Assembly (NCBI RefSeq): GCF_009914755.1
Contig: NC_060939.1
Length of the DNA: 64,000 nt
Direction: 5' to 3' (one strand)
Origin: the human T2T-CHM13v2.0 reference genome, Homo sapiens
Position numbers and translations under genes: made by a program. Below, piece by piece: positions 38,701-58,472 of the stretch (position 1 is the first letter of the stretch; each line of letters opens with the position of its first letter). The notes under the pieces were generated by a model. The model did no database searches. It was not told where the DNA came from and worked only from the letters and a program-made list of their open reading frames with translations.

Positions 38701-41133
38701 AGTCCGTATAAGAACAAAATGAAAAGGTAAAAAATGTACTGTTAAATAATTATCAAATAGTTATAGCCTAAAGTTCTATTGTAACTATAAGCCTATTCAT
38801 CAAAAACCAAACAAACAAAATACTTTCCTCAAGGACTTTAGCTCGTCTTTTTAGCCATTTAAAACCACTCGAATTCATGTAGTCCTAGACACATCTTCCA
38901 TAACCATGATGGATGATGTTTCAGCTTTAGATTTTGTTTGCCTTTTAATGAAAGCTTAAAAATAAAATGATCTCACTGTACTTAATTTTAGATACTGATA
39001 AAAGTTGGCCCTATATACTTCTACTTACCAACCACAAAGCGCTATACCCTGTCAATCTGCCCATGCTTCCATGAGGCAGCTCAAAAGTAACAAAACGTTC
39101 CCTGAGTACAGGAAAAAAAATAACACTAGAATAACTTTAAAAGGAGGTAGTATAAAACAGGAGCTATAAAGGCAGGAGCAGCATTTTTCCTTGCTGCAGA
39201 CTGTTCACCTAAAGCTCTGCTTTTTTGTTTGTTTTGCGATGAATTCCGTACTTAGATAACTAACTGGGGGACTCTGAGTTTAGTTCAGAAGTGGTTGCTG
39301 GCATTGAACTTTAGTCTTAATCACATCCAGTTTGGCACAAAATTACAGATTTAAAAAAATTAAAAATGTTATATCTACAGTCATTAGACTAGCAGATGAT
39401 GCTGGGACTATTATCTGCTAATATTCCTTTGATTTTAGAACATCAGTGAACATGACCCTGCCTCCTCTAGGAACAAAGCATTTCAAGTGTAAACCCATTA
39501 TGATTCCTTTTAAAATGAGAATCAAAAGTCACTTCCAGAAAATTTGAAAAAATACTTTTAAAAGGATATGGGACCCCTTCTCTACACGCGTTTAGTTCTT
39601 TATCCTCTCCCACTGCTCGGCACCTAGGTAACTGTCTCATGACGGAGAAAAGGCCTATGTTATGTAGCTGAGTAAACAATTTGCTGATTTCAAACCTGCA
39701 AGAGGATTAACTCACTCCTGGAGTTAGCATTCCTCATTCACAGCACTGACACTGAAGGAAGATTAAGTAGATACCATATTCTCTAAAGAATTCAAGAAAA
39801 CACAAGTAGGGTGGTAGAACTCTGAATATTTATCCCTAAACAAAACCTGCACTTAAAAAAAATGCCTTGGTAAGATACTATACATCAAAATAGTTACTGA
39901 TAAAATCCAAGAAACTCTTAAGGCAACTTTTTGTACTCCTGTTCCTAAACAATTTCATGAATATTAAAAAGGTATAAGGCAAAGAATTTCATTATACTGA
40001 AAGGCACTGTTACCATAATAACTTCGAGTTCATTTTACTGTCTACTGTTGCATTTACCTTCATTCTTAATAGTTCATGAAATGTCTTCACTCCTTTAAGC
40101 CAAACTGGGATTTAAAAAAAGAAAAAAAACCACCTTAACCCATTTTCTTTAAAAATCCATATTCTGCATGGGGTTTTGCAACTAATACTGGCAAAGTTGA
40201 GGATGCTTTGCAAACTAGACAGTGCAGCCTTTGGCCAACCGTCAGGCAAAGGGGAAGGTAGAAAAGGCACAGTTCTGGGCAGCTTGAGGTTTGGGATATA
40301 GGAGATAAAGCACTCAGACTCTAATGCCCAAAACATAAAGGCCTTTTAAGCAAAATGATCCCTACCTGGTATTGAATAGTTCTGTTCTCAAAAGAAATAT
40401 ACTTTCTTGTTTTGGTCATCGTTAGAAGAAATAGCCCCACTTTTCCTCTTCTCAGTGGTTTAACGGTCCTCACAGCCAGAGGTATGAACTTATCCAAACC
40501 ATGCAGATGTCATAGTTTCTTTTTTTAAAAAAATCAGAGCTTCAGATAAACATTCTTACTCATCTACCTATATGACTCCTTTGATCACACACATTACACG
40601 TACAGCAATGAAAACACAATACTACTAGGAAGTATCATTGGTTATGTAGCTGAGATAAACTATAACAACAAATGAGGTAACAAAGTTGTCTTCAGAGTTT
40701 GCCGGGAGGCAAACTGAGGTAGATAGTCAGCAAAGGGGCTTTCAAAAGTCTTCCCTTTGCTCCAGTGATATATTTTATAATCCAGTCAAACATCTCGACC
40801 GTTCTTTCACATTGCTGACAATGAAACATTCAAATTACACAAGTTTAAAAATAAAAAACAAAACACATTCAAAAAAAGCTAAAATACCCCATAAAGATAT
40901 TAAGATTTTCACAAAAGGCTTTGGTTCCCTGTTCATTGTCCTTCGAACAGATTTAATGGTGAGAATACCTGAGCATGGCCGTCTAGATTGGAAAATCATT
41001 TTTATCAAAGCATAGCATGGCAGATGGCGGCTGCAGAACTAAGGAGGAAGTCTGCTCACTAACAGATGACACAGCAGGGTCTTCACACTTCCTCAATGCG
41101 GAATCTCCACCTGAATCACTGCCAGTGAAAGAA
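32695..41133 (-). other. PRTG: PRTG long 3'UTR (~8.4 kb)
   Basis: Continuous AT-rich, Alu-free stretch from the stop codon to a tandem AATAAA pair with a U-rich downstream element. Consistent with the long PRTG mRNA I recall. The exact cleavage site is estimated. Confidence 0.8.
35994..36474 (+). mobile_element. MaLR solo LTR (MLT1D-like) inside the PRTG 3'UTR, antisense to the mRNA
   Basis: TG...CA termini. MLT1-type blocks (GATGTGATTAAGTT..., GGGGAGATTATCCTGGATTAT, GTTACAGCAGCAATAGGAA). Near-perfect 5-bp TSD, gtacc / gtatc. Confidence 0.85.
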
Positions 41134-41388
41134 TCAGAGGTTGGGGGGTGTGGTACTTATAACTGAGGACAGATGTATCTCATCGTTGGACTCATGAGAA
41201 AACCGCCCAGAATCCCCAGTCTCATGGCTGCCTTCACTATTTGCTGAATGTTCTGTATCAGCTGCAACACCAAAGGGTCTTGAGAAGCTGGTTGTCTGAC
41301 CTGGGGAGCTAGGGGAGTCTTCATCACTGATTAATACAGTGGTGCCTGGCTGGTAAAAGCAGACCGCTGGAGTAAATCTTCTTTGAGG
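41134..41388 (-). CDS. PRTG: PRTG terminal coding exon (probably 20): [15 protein letters not shown]...[13 protein letters not shown]
   Basis: Acceptor ttttttgcctAG, 85 codons including TGA at 41136-41134. The C-terminus matches human protogenin as I recall it. Confidence 0.94.
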   Translation of the reverse strand, partial: PQRRFTPAVCFYQPGTTVLISDEDSPSSPGQTTSFSRPFGVAADTEHSANSEGSHETGDSGRFSHESNDEIHLSSVISTTPPNL

Positions 41389-41784
41389 CTAGGCAAAAAA
41401 AGATAAGATGGCAATGAGATACCAGACTGATCGAATCCACGAGCAAAAGCTCATCAGGTCCCCACAGACAGGTGGGAGCACATCAGAATTACCCGTGGCA
41501 AGCGAAGTGTCAAAAGCTTCTTCAGTGCTTCTGATGCACGCTCCTGCTCCTATCCCTTACCTCACTGACCCTACTCCCCACTGAAAACCACAGCTCTGAT
41601 GACTATTCCAACTTCTGTTATCATTCACCTCGCTCTCCACAGAGCCATGCCCCAAATTAATAAAATCACAGCCATGAAGAACACAGAAAATTAAAATAAA
41701 GCATGAATTCACATTTTCCTCTTTTTAAATCATCATTTCATATATCACGCATTGCCAAAAATTTTTCTCATTTAGATAGGTTAC

Positions 41785-41889
41785 CTGCTCAACTTGTATC
41801 TTCTTTGAGTCTTGGAAAAAAAACCACTTTTTCTTAGAGTTGTTTTTAATTATAGGACCATAGCTATTAATTATCAGGTCAGTTCCTCC
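41785..41889 (-). CDS. PRTG: PRTG cytoplasmic exon (probably 19): [35 protein letters not shown]
   Basis: Acceptor ttcctcAG, donor CAG|GTAACC, 105 nt, phase 0-0. Confidence 0.93.
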
Positions 41890-43525
41890 CTGAGGAAATA
41901 AAAGAGGGGAAATGTAAAATATCCTGGTATCACAGATTTCACTTTATCACAAGTAGTGCATACTTTAACTTTTACTATATGCTTCACATTTCCCTTTTCA
42001 TTTTTATTTTATTTTAGATTCAGGGAGTACATGTGCATGTTTGTTACATGAGTGGGGTACATATTGTGTGGTAGTGGGGACTGGGCTTCTAATGTACTCA
42101 TTACCCAAATAGTAAGCATTAGTACACAAAATGCTTAAATGTTAACAAAAATGATCATAGATGTGATCATTTCTTCTTTAAAACAGGCAGTACGGCTGGG
42201 CACAGTGACTCACACCTGTAACCCCAGCACTTTGGGAGGGCAAGGTGGGTGGATCATGAGGTCAGGAATTCAAGGCCAGCCTGGCCAAGATGGTGAAACC
42301 CCGTCTCTACTAAAAATACAAAAATTAGCCAGGCGTGGTGGCAGGCGCCTGTAATCCCAGCTCCTCAGGAGGCTGAGGCAGAGAACTGCTTGAACCCAGG
42401 AGGGAGAGGTTGCAGTGAGCTGAGATCAAGCCACTGCACTCCAGCCTGGGCAACAGAGCAAGGCTCCGTCTCAAAAAAAACAAAACAAAACAAAATAGGC
42501 CAGGTACGGTGGCTCACGCCTGTAATCCCAGTACTTTGAGAGGCTGAGGCGGGCGGATCATGAGGTCAGGAGATCTAGACCATCCTGGCTAACACAGTGA
42601 AATCCCGTCTCTACTAAAAATACAAAAAAAATTAGCTGGGCATGGTAGCGTGCGCTTCTAGTTCCAGCTGCTGGGGAGGCTGAGGCAGGAGAATGGTGTG
42701 AACCCGGGGCCGAGATCGCGCCACTGCACTCCAGCCTGGGTAACATAGCAAGACTCTGTCTCAAAAAAACAAAACAAGACAAAACAAAACAAACAAACAC
42801 AAAACAGGTAGTACAACATAGTCAAGGTATTTGTTAGTGGTCAAAACAATATAATAGGTTTATTTTTAAGCTTATACATAAAATATATATTCCAAAACAC
42901 ATTAAGATACATATATATGTGCTATATATTCCAAAACTTATTTTCAAATGGTATAGCAAGCAAAAAGTATATAAAGATACAAAACTATGATATTAACAAT
43001 TATTAATTTGTATATTCAGTACATTATTCTCTCAACTTTTCTGTATGTTTGAAAATTTTAAAAAGCAGATGAGGATAAACAAACCATAATGAACCCACAT
43101 ATGATCAACAAAATGACATTAGATGGAGTATCAACTCTAGGGCTAACCCAAGGGAATTAAGAGAGATACTCTCCAAATGTGTCTCTCTCCTTCACTTCAG
43201 GCCTCTACCTCTCTGCTCCTTTCACTTTAGTTTCTTTTTTTCCCTACATCATCCTCCCCACTCTGCTTCTCTCCTAACCTCTCTCATATCTACTTCCAAA
43301 CTAGTAATAATACAATCACAGTTACATATTAGTACTTGTTTTTTTTTTTTTTTTTTTGAGACAGAGTCTCGTTCTTGTTGCCCAGGCTGGAGAATATGGC
43401 GCGATCTCGGCTCATTGCAACCTCTGCCACCTGGGTTCAAGCAACTCTCCTGCCTCAGCCTCCCGAGTAGCTGGGATTACAGGCATGCATCATCACACCC
43501 AGCTAATTTTTTTTTTTTTTTTTGA

Positions 43526-43690
<165 letters not shown>

Positions 43691-45460
43691 TAGTAGAGAC
43701 GGGGTTTCACCATGTTAGCTAGGATGGTCTCGATCTCCTGACCTCGTGATCCGCCCGCCTTGGTCTCCCAAAGCGCTGGGATTACAGGCGTGAGCCACCG
43801 CGCCCGGCCACACCTGGCTAATTTTTGTATTTTTAGTAGAGCTGGGGTTTCTCCATGTTGGTCAGGCTGGTCTCGAACTCCCGACCTCAGGTGATACACC
43901 CACCTTGGCCTCCCAAAGTGCTGGAATTACAGGCGTGAACCACCGCACTTGGCCTGTATCAGTACTTTTTAAGCTCATTTAAAAGTTTTAGGTTCTAATG
44001 TTTTAGATCAATTTGAAATAAGTTGAATGGCTTAATTTGTATTGAAAAGTAAAACCTAAATTAGGCTGCAAACAAAAAAAAGAGAAATAGCAAATATTCA
44101 TTTATTCATATTTACCTATAATATGTATTGTATACAATGCTGTACTAGATACAAGTAAATTACATCTGTTGAATATAATTCATAAAATTTAGTATCAAAA
44201 CTGCCTGAAATTTTGTTATACTTCTGTTATTCTAAATTTTAGGAAAGGATAAAGGAAAAATAATTTATAACAGGGTTTGGCAAACTTTTTCTGTAGAGGG
44301 CCAGATCGTAACTATTTTAGGCTTTGCAGGCCACATATGGCCTGTGTCCTATCATCATCATCTTGGATTTTTTTTTGTAAACAACCTTTAAAAATGTAAA
44401 AAACAGCTGGGCACGGTGGCTCACACCTGTAATCCCAGCACTTTGGGAGGCCAAGGCGGGCAGATCATCTGAGGTCAGTAGTTCGAGACCAGCCTGACCA
44501 ACACGGTGAAACCCCATCTCTACTAAAAATACAAAATTAGTCAGGCATGGTGGCGCACGCCTGTAATCCCAGCTACTCGGGAGGCTGAGGCAGGAGAATC
44601 GCTCGAACCGGGAGGCGGAGGTCACAGTGAGCCGAGATCGTACCACTGCACTCCAGCCTGGGCAACAAGACTGAAACTCCATCTTAAAAAAAAAGTAAAA
44701 AACAGTCTTAGCTCAGAAGGTAGCCAAACAAAAACAGGCCCCAGGCTAGCCTGGGTGGGACTGTTTGCTGACAACTGATTTATAGCACATTGGTTGTGGG
44801 AGCTATTCCAATAACGTACAATATCTAAAGTTGTAATGTGACTAAAAATAATTTTAAAAGTTATTGTTCACAATGCTTACAACAGCACTATTATTATATA
44901 TACTGGAAAGGACATGAAGTAACTTCTTCCAATGGTGTTTCTGTACAACTTTCTTCAGCCATAAAACGAAGGATCTTGAGGCACCTATTTAGATGCTCCA
45001 TATTTTTAAAAATGGCATTCATACTTGGGATGTTCTGATAAGCAATTAAGTTCAACAATCAGCCAAACTAAGTCAAATGGATTAACAAAAAGGTGACCAC
45101 CCAGTAAATACAGGTCAGTCCAAATTATAGTAAATATAGACTAATGACCATGGTGTCCTTGGTTAAAACAACTTCACTCCATATAATCTCATCTAACTGA
45201 GATTATATGTTGGAATATAATATAAATGAGATTATATTATATGCTATATATTATGGCATCTTTCTCACCTTTTATCTATCCTCACCTTTTTCCCCCTAAA
45301 TATTTTATGTAAGGAATGATCTCGGTAAAATTTCAATATTTCATTAATAAGAGTATTGGTATAATACATTCAACATACAATTTTGGGGGAAGTACATTTT
45401 ACACACACAGGGAGGAGGAATGGAAGAACGGCTTATGCAGCAAATCCCGCAGCTCAGTAC

Positions 45461-45626
45461 CTTTGCATCAATGAAGCTGTTTGGCATGATCATTGGCATT
45501 AAAGATTCTTCATTTCCTACAGCTCCTTCCAGGTTCTTTCCTACCTCATTTCCACTAGCTAAGGAGGCACTGGTACGAGGTAACTGTTGAGTTCCATTCT
45601 GTGCCGTCTTGGAAGCAGATGATTTC
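45461..45626 (-). CDS. PRTG: PRTG cytoplasmic exon (probably 18): KSSASKTAQNGTQQLPRTS...MPNSFIDAK
   Basis: Acceptor ttttAG, donor AAG|GTACTG, 166 nt, phase 2-0, open reading frame. Confidence 0.93.
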
Positions 45627-47326
45627 CTAAAACATTGGCAAGAAGAGGAAGTCTTCTAATTTCATAGAAGATGCAGGCAAATGAACCACCTGGCCTATCA
45701 ACAAAACTTTGTAAGCAATGCAGTTCTTTAATACCCATTTCTCAAATATTTTTAGAATCGAGTGTTAGATTTTAACTTACTGCTGCAAACTTTTATTATT
45801 TGAAGAGGCATCTTTATTTCTTTTTGCCTCGCTGTCTACTTCATCTAAAATTACTCTCTACAAGTATTGTTGCTTATTCATAATTTGTGCAGAAATTACA
45901 ATTTTTAACTTCTATTTTCCCCTTAAGGTCTGAGGATTATTACACTAGCATAACAATTCACTTTCCAATTAATGATGGTAAATTTAGAGTAGTACTTCAA
46001 GATTTAGGCAGTAATAAATGTGCATAAATGTGCATAAATATTTTATTAAAAAATTCTTAAAGTGAGAAACTTGGACAATAAAACTAAGGCAATTCAATAC
46101 ACACAAAAATGTTAGAACTATTTCATTAACATAATGTTTTGAGTAGTATGTTTCCATGTAGAGCTACAAAACATATAAACTGAAAAATCTATGCTAATGG
46201 AGGGAGTCTAATGACGGGGATTACCTAAAACAACGTGTATTTGACGTTGATTTTTTTTTAATTCAAAAAAATAGCCTTAATAAATGAAAACAAAACCCAA
46301 AATATAAAAGGCTAAAAATAGACAAGTTCACTGAATGCAAGTTACTGCTAAAAATTTAGCCAAAGTCAATCCATAGATGAGATTGCATGACAGAGTTTAT
46401 AGACACTCAATCCATGTTTATTACATTTGTTTTAACCCTTGTCTAGAGAATCCCACCATATGTCCCGTGGTGTTCTCAGCGACTCAGGCATTTCAGGCAC
46501 TGTTACTGAAACAGAAAATATTCCAGATAGTAAGAAAAAGCAATCTTCTTGTAAACATGATTAATTGTGTTTTCTTTTTTTTTTTTTAGACAGGATCTCT
46601 CACTCTGCTGCCCAGGGTGGAGTGCAGTGCTACGATCATAGCTCACTGTAACCTCAAACTCCTGAGCTCAAATGATCTTCCTACCTGAACCTCCTAAGCA
46701 GCTACGACTACAGTCACATGCCCACTATGCTCAGCTAATTTTAACTTTTTTTTTTTTTTTGAGATGGAGTATTGCTCTGTCGCCCAGGCTGGAGTGCAGT
46801 GGCACGATCTCGGCTCACTGCAAGCTCCCCCCTCCCGGGTTCATGCCATTCTCCTGCCTCAGCCTCCCGAGTAGCTGGGATTATAGGTGCCTACCACCAC
46901 ACCCAGCTAATTTTGTATTTTTAGTAGAGACAGGATTTCTCCATGTTGGTCAGGCTGGTCTTGAACTCCCGACCTCAGGTGATCCGCTCACCTCGGCCTC
47001 CCCAAGTGCTGGGATTACAGGCGTGAACCATTGCACCCGGCCTAACATTTTTTGTAGAGATAAGATCTCACTATGTTGCTTAGGCTGGTCTGAAACTCCT
47101 GGCCTCAAGGGATCCTCCCACCTTGACTTCCCAAAGGTCTGGGATTACCAAGGTGTGATACCACCATGCCTGCACAAGTGTGCCATTATTATTATTTTTA
47201 AACCAAAGGATATTCTTTCTGTTTCTCAAAATACTAAGAAAATGAGGATACTAGGCCGGGCGCGGTGGCTCACGCCTGTAATTGCAGTACTTTGGGAGGC
47301 CAAGGTGGGCAGACCATTTAAGGTCA

Positions 47327-47554
<228 letters not shown>

Positions 47555-47651
47555 TCATTTAAGAATATTGGCATTAGCATTGGCTGGGAGCAGTGGCTGA
47601 TACCTGTAATCTCAGCACTTTGGGAGGATGAGGCCGGCAGATCACAGATCA

Positions 47652-47930
<279 letters not shown>

Positions 47931-48127
47931 TCAAACAGCAAGAAAATAATCTCCCTCTAAAATGAGCACATTTCTATAGCTGTAAGAACTCAGGGAACAA
48001 TACTGCACATTTATTTTAAAGTAGGAAATCCCAGTTACTCTAAAAGGCACTTGACTTTCATTTGTTTCCTGTGGCTACCGTAATTTAAATGTTTTTCACC
48101 TCAACATCTCTAGCAATGGAAACACAC

Positions 48128-48248
48128 CTGGCTTTACTTCGGTATATCAAGATGAGAACACAGATGAGGATGCAGGTCAAGGCTATGCCAACACCTACAG
48201 CAATGCCAGTCATTGATTTTTGGTCCAGATGGTAATATCCTGAATAAA
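48128..48248 (-). CDS. PRTG: PRTG transmembrane exon (probably 17): [41 protein letters not shown]
   Basis: Acceptor tttcccttctAG, donor CAG|GTGTGT, 121 nt, phase 1-2. Encodes a ~22-residue hydrophobic helix followed by basic residues. Confidence 0.94.
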
Positions 48249-48495
48249 CTAGAAGGGAAAACACATTTACTCAGAATCAATCAGAAAAATAAATTATTTA
48301 ATTTATAATTCTCAGGTACTTGCTTTTCCAAAATTTTTCTTTATCTCATAGGAAAAGTTTTGACATTGTCAACATCAAAGCAGAAAGGACACACAGTAAT
48401 CTTTAATCAGTGATTTCAGAGACAGATTTCTCTTCCAATATTAAAGTTTTTTTTTTTTTTTTTGAGACGGAGTCTCGCTCTGTTGCCCAGGCTAG

Positions 48496-48696
<201 letters not shown>

Positions 48697-49940
48697 TGAT
48701 CCGCTTGCCTCGGCCTCCCAAAGTGCTGGGATTACAGGCGTGAGCCACCACGCCCGGCCCAATATTAAAGATTTTAAATGAGTTTTAGATATATTATTAT
48801 AGCAATCATGAACATCAATTCATAATTTATAAAACAGGTACAAAACATAGATGTTCCTTGATAGACCCAAGAACAGATTTTATGTCATGCCTTAAAAGCA
48901 GATCTGCATGTTGAAGATTAGTTTTCCATTTACATACACTAAAGCAGGGCTTCTCAAACTTTCATGTGCCTGTGAGTCACTAGGGATTATGTGGAAATGC
49001 CGACTCTGACTCACTAAGTCTGGGGTGGGGCATGTGATTCTGCGAGTCTACGGAGCTCTCAGGTGATGCCATGCTGCTGGGCTCTAGACTACTTTGAGTG
49101 GCAAGGTATTTGAGAAGCCAATATGAGCCTTGCTTTCCATTTCCCCTGATAACACGGTGGCTACGATGGCTACCTCCTTCCTGTTCTTAAAACTGACTGC
49201 CCTGTCCTGCTCTTTTCCTCTCTCATTCTCTTTCTAACACACACACATCCCTGGCACCGAATGACCATTCTCTGTGAAGCTACGAGCCCTTAATCCTGCC
49301 CTGAGTTCAGCTGGCATTTCCTCCATTTAGAGCAGCCCCTCTTCTCCACAAGCCTACTCCCCCAGAGAGGAGGCAAAGGCAGTGTCCAGTCCTGTGCTAC
49401 AGGGGGCACCAGCTTTCTTGAGAACACATGGACAGCTGTGATGAGTAGTGTAAGGGTAGCTCTTTAAAGATATTTTTTCCAATTGCTTTTCTGGAGACAG
49501 AGAGGGAAAAAAAAAAAAAAACTTTCTCTCCAGAAAAGCTGTTTCTCTGTGGTGAAAACTCTTAATGAAAACCATGCTCTCTTCTTAACTTGAACACCAC
49601 AACCACCACTGCTGTTTATTTCTGTGAAACCTCTCAGGAAGCCCACTCCTACCAGTTCATGGCTGATGTGGCTCCTCTGTCTTGGTGGATGCACAGCTGG
49701 GAGAAGAAGTAACTGGAAACAGTGATTTCAAAACTGCAGTTGATTCTGAGATAATTTTGCCTCCTTCTAGGAGTATGAGGAAAAGCCATGCAACTCTATA
49801 ACATCAGAAGCTCATCAGCAACAACTTACGGAACTGAGAGCCGGTTTAGGGATACAGCAATTGTAGGAGCAGAAATAATGTGTAAGGAAGAACACTTTTT
49901 TTCTTAAGAAAAATCACAGTGACTACGGCAGTATACAGAC

Positions 49941-50123
49941 CTTTGGCATCAGCAGAATCTAAACGCTTGGGCCTCTGATTTGATTCAGAGGTTTCCTTTG
50001 GAAGTACTGCCAGCTCCACAGAATTTGAAAAGGGTCCTTCTCCCACCTCATTGGATGCAGATATCTTGACAATGTACACATTTCCTGCTACCAAGTTTTC
50101 TAGCAAAGCCATGGTTATTGCCC
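49941..50123 (-). CDS. PRTG: PRTG exon (probably 16): [32 protein letters not shown]...[11 protein letters not shown], end of the last FN3 domain and stalk
   Basis: Acceptor tttctAG, weak donor AAG|GTCTGT, 183 nt, phase 1-1. Confidence 0.94.
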
Positions 50124-50478
50124 CTAGAAATACATCAATTACAAATTAAGTGAACATTTATCTTTTATTCTTTCACTCATATTATACAAACACGTTCCTT
50201 TATTTTTAAAAATATTTTTCTGATTATAAAGATGACACATATTGTAGAACATTTAGAAAATAAAAATATAAATAAAATTACAATCTTTCATTGTTAACAT
50301 TGTAGTGTATTTTGTGTGTGCATACGTGAATATTTGTGAATATATATTTACTGCATGAATTTTTATATATTAGAGTTTTCACTTAACATTGTAGTATGTA
50401 CATTTCCCCAATATAATCCTTTTCTGTAATTCTATTTTAGGAGTTCTTAAAAACAGTACACATTTTTGTTTGGCTTTG

Positions 50479-50556
<78 letters not shown>
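50479..50556 (+). repeat. Compound microsatellite (TA)8(TG)31
   Basis: Read directly from the sequence. Confidence 0.97.
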
Positions 50557-50560
<4 letters not shown>

Positions 50561-50912
50561 GTTTTACTCTTTACATAGATATGAATACAAACAGAATTTA
50601 GGACATTTTATTATGGAACATTTGAAACATGCACACGAAAATAATGGTATAATGAACCCAGATTCAATAATTATACTCTTATTTTTTAGAGACAGGGTCT
50701 TGCTACATGGCCCAGACTGGACTGGAACTCCTGGGCTCCCCAGTAGTTGGGACTACGGGCCCACTCCACTGTGCCAAGCTTTCAATGATTATAATTGGAT
50801 TTTTAAAAATCCAATGCAAGAATCTTTTTTTAATTGGGAGTGTTTATGGTAATAGCTGTGACAGGTAATCCTGTTCTTCCTACCTAAATTAGAACAACAT
50901 GATTATTTTTGA

Positions 50913-58077
<7,165 letters not shown>

Positions 58078-58301
58078 TATATCTCTTCTATTAACAAAAG
58101 TAACAGTAACCTTTTTGAAATACAAACTATTCTTAAAATTGGTGGATGGCTTCCCGATGCCCTTTGAACAAAGCCAAAATCTTTTATTACTTCATACATA
58201 AAAATGTAAATTCAAAATAAACTCTAGATTCCCCTTTCCTTTTGTTTCTTTAATATTAATAATCGTACTTTTCACCCTTCATGGCAATTTATGATATTTA
58301 C

Positions 58302-58472
58302 CTTCACGGTGTAAGACCTGCCACTCTCCTGCAATCCAGGCCTTCCTAGATGCATATAAGATAGTATAGCGGGTCACAACTGTTTCTGGGCCATCAGGGG
58401 GTTTCCAAGAAACCAGGGCAGTGTCATCCTCTATTAATGTCACTTTTACTCCAACTGGTGGGCCTGCTGGTG
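58302..58472 (-). CDS. PRTG: PRTG exon (probably 15): [25 protein letters not shown]...WQVLHRE, first half of the last FN3 domain
   Basis: Acceptor cacAG, donor AAG|GTAAAT, 171 nt, phase 1-1. Confidence 0.95.

Noticed and set aside
45541-45548. CTACCTCA (let-7 8mer) in a PRTG coding exon
   Set aside because: It is on the + strand, antisense to the PRTG mRNA, so it is not a target site.
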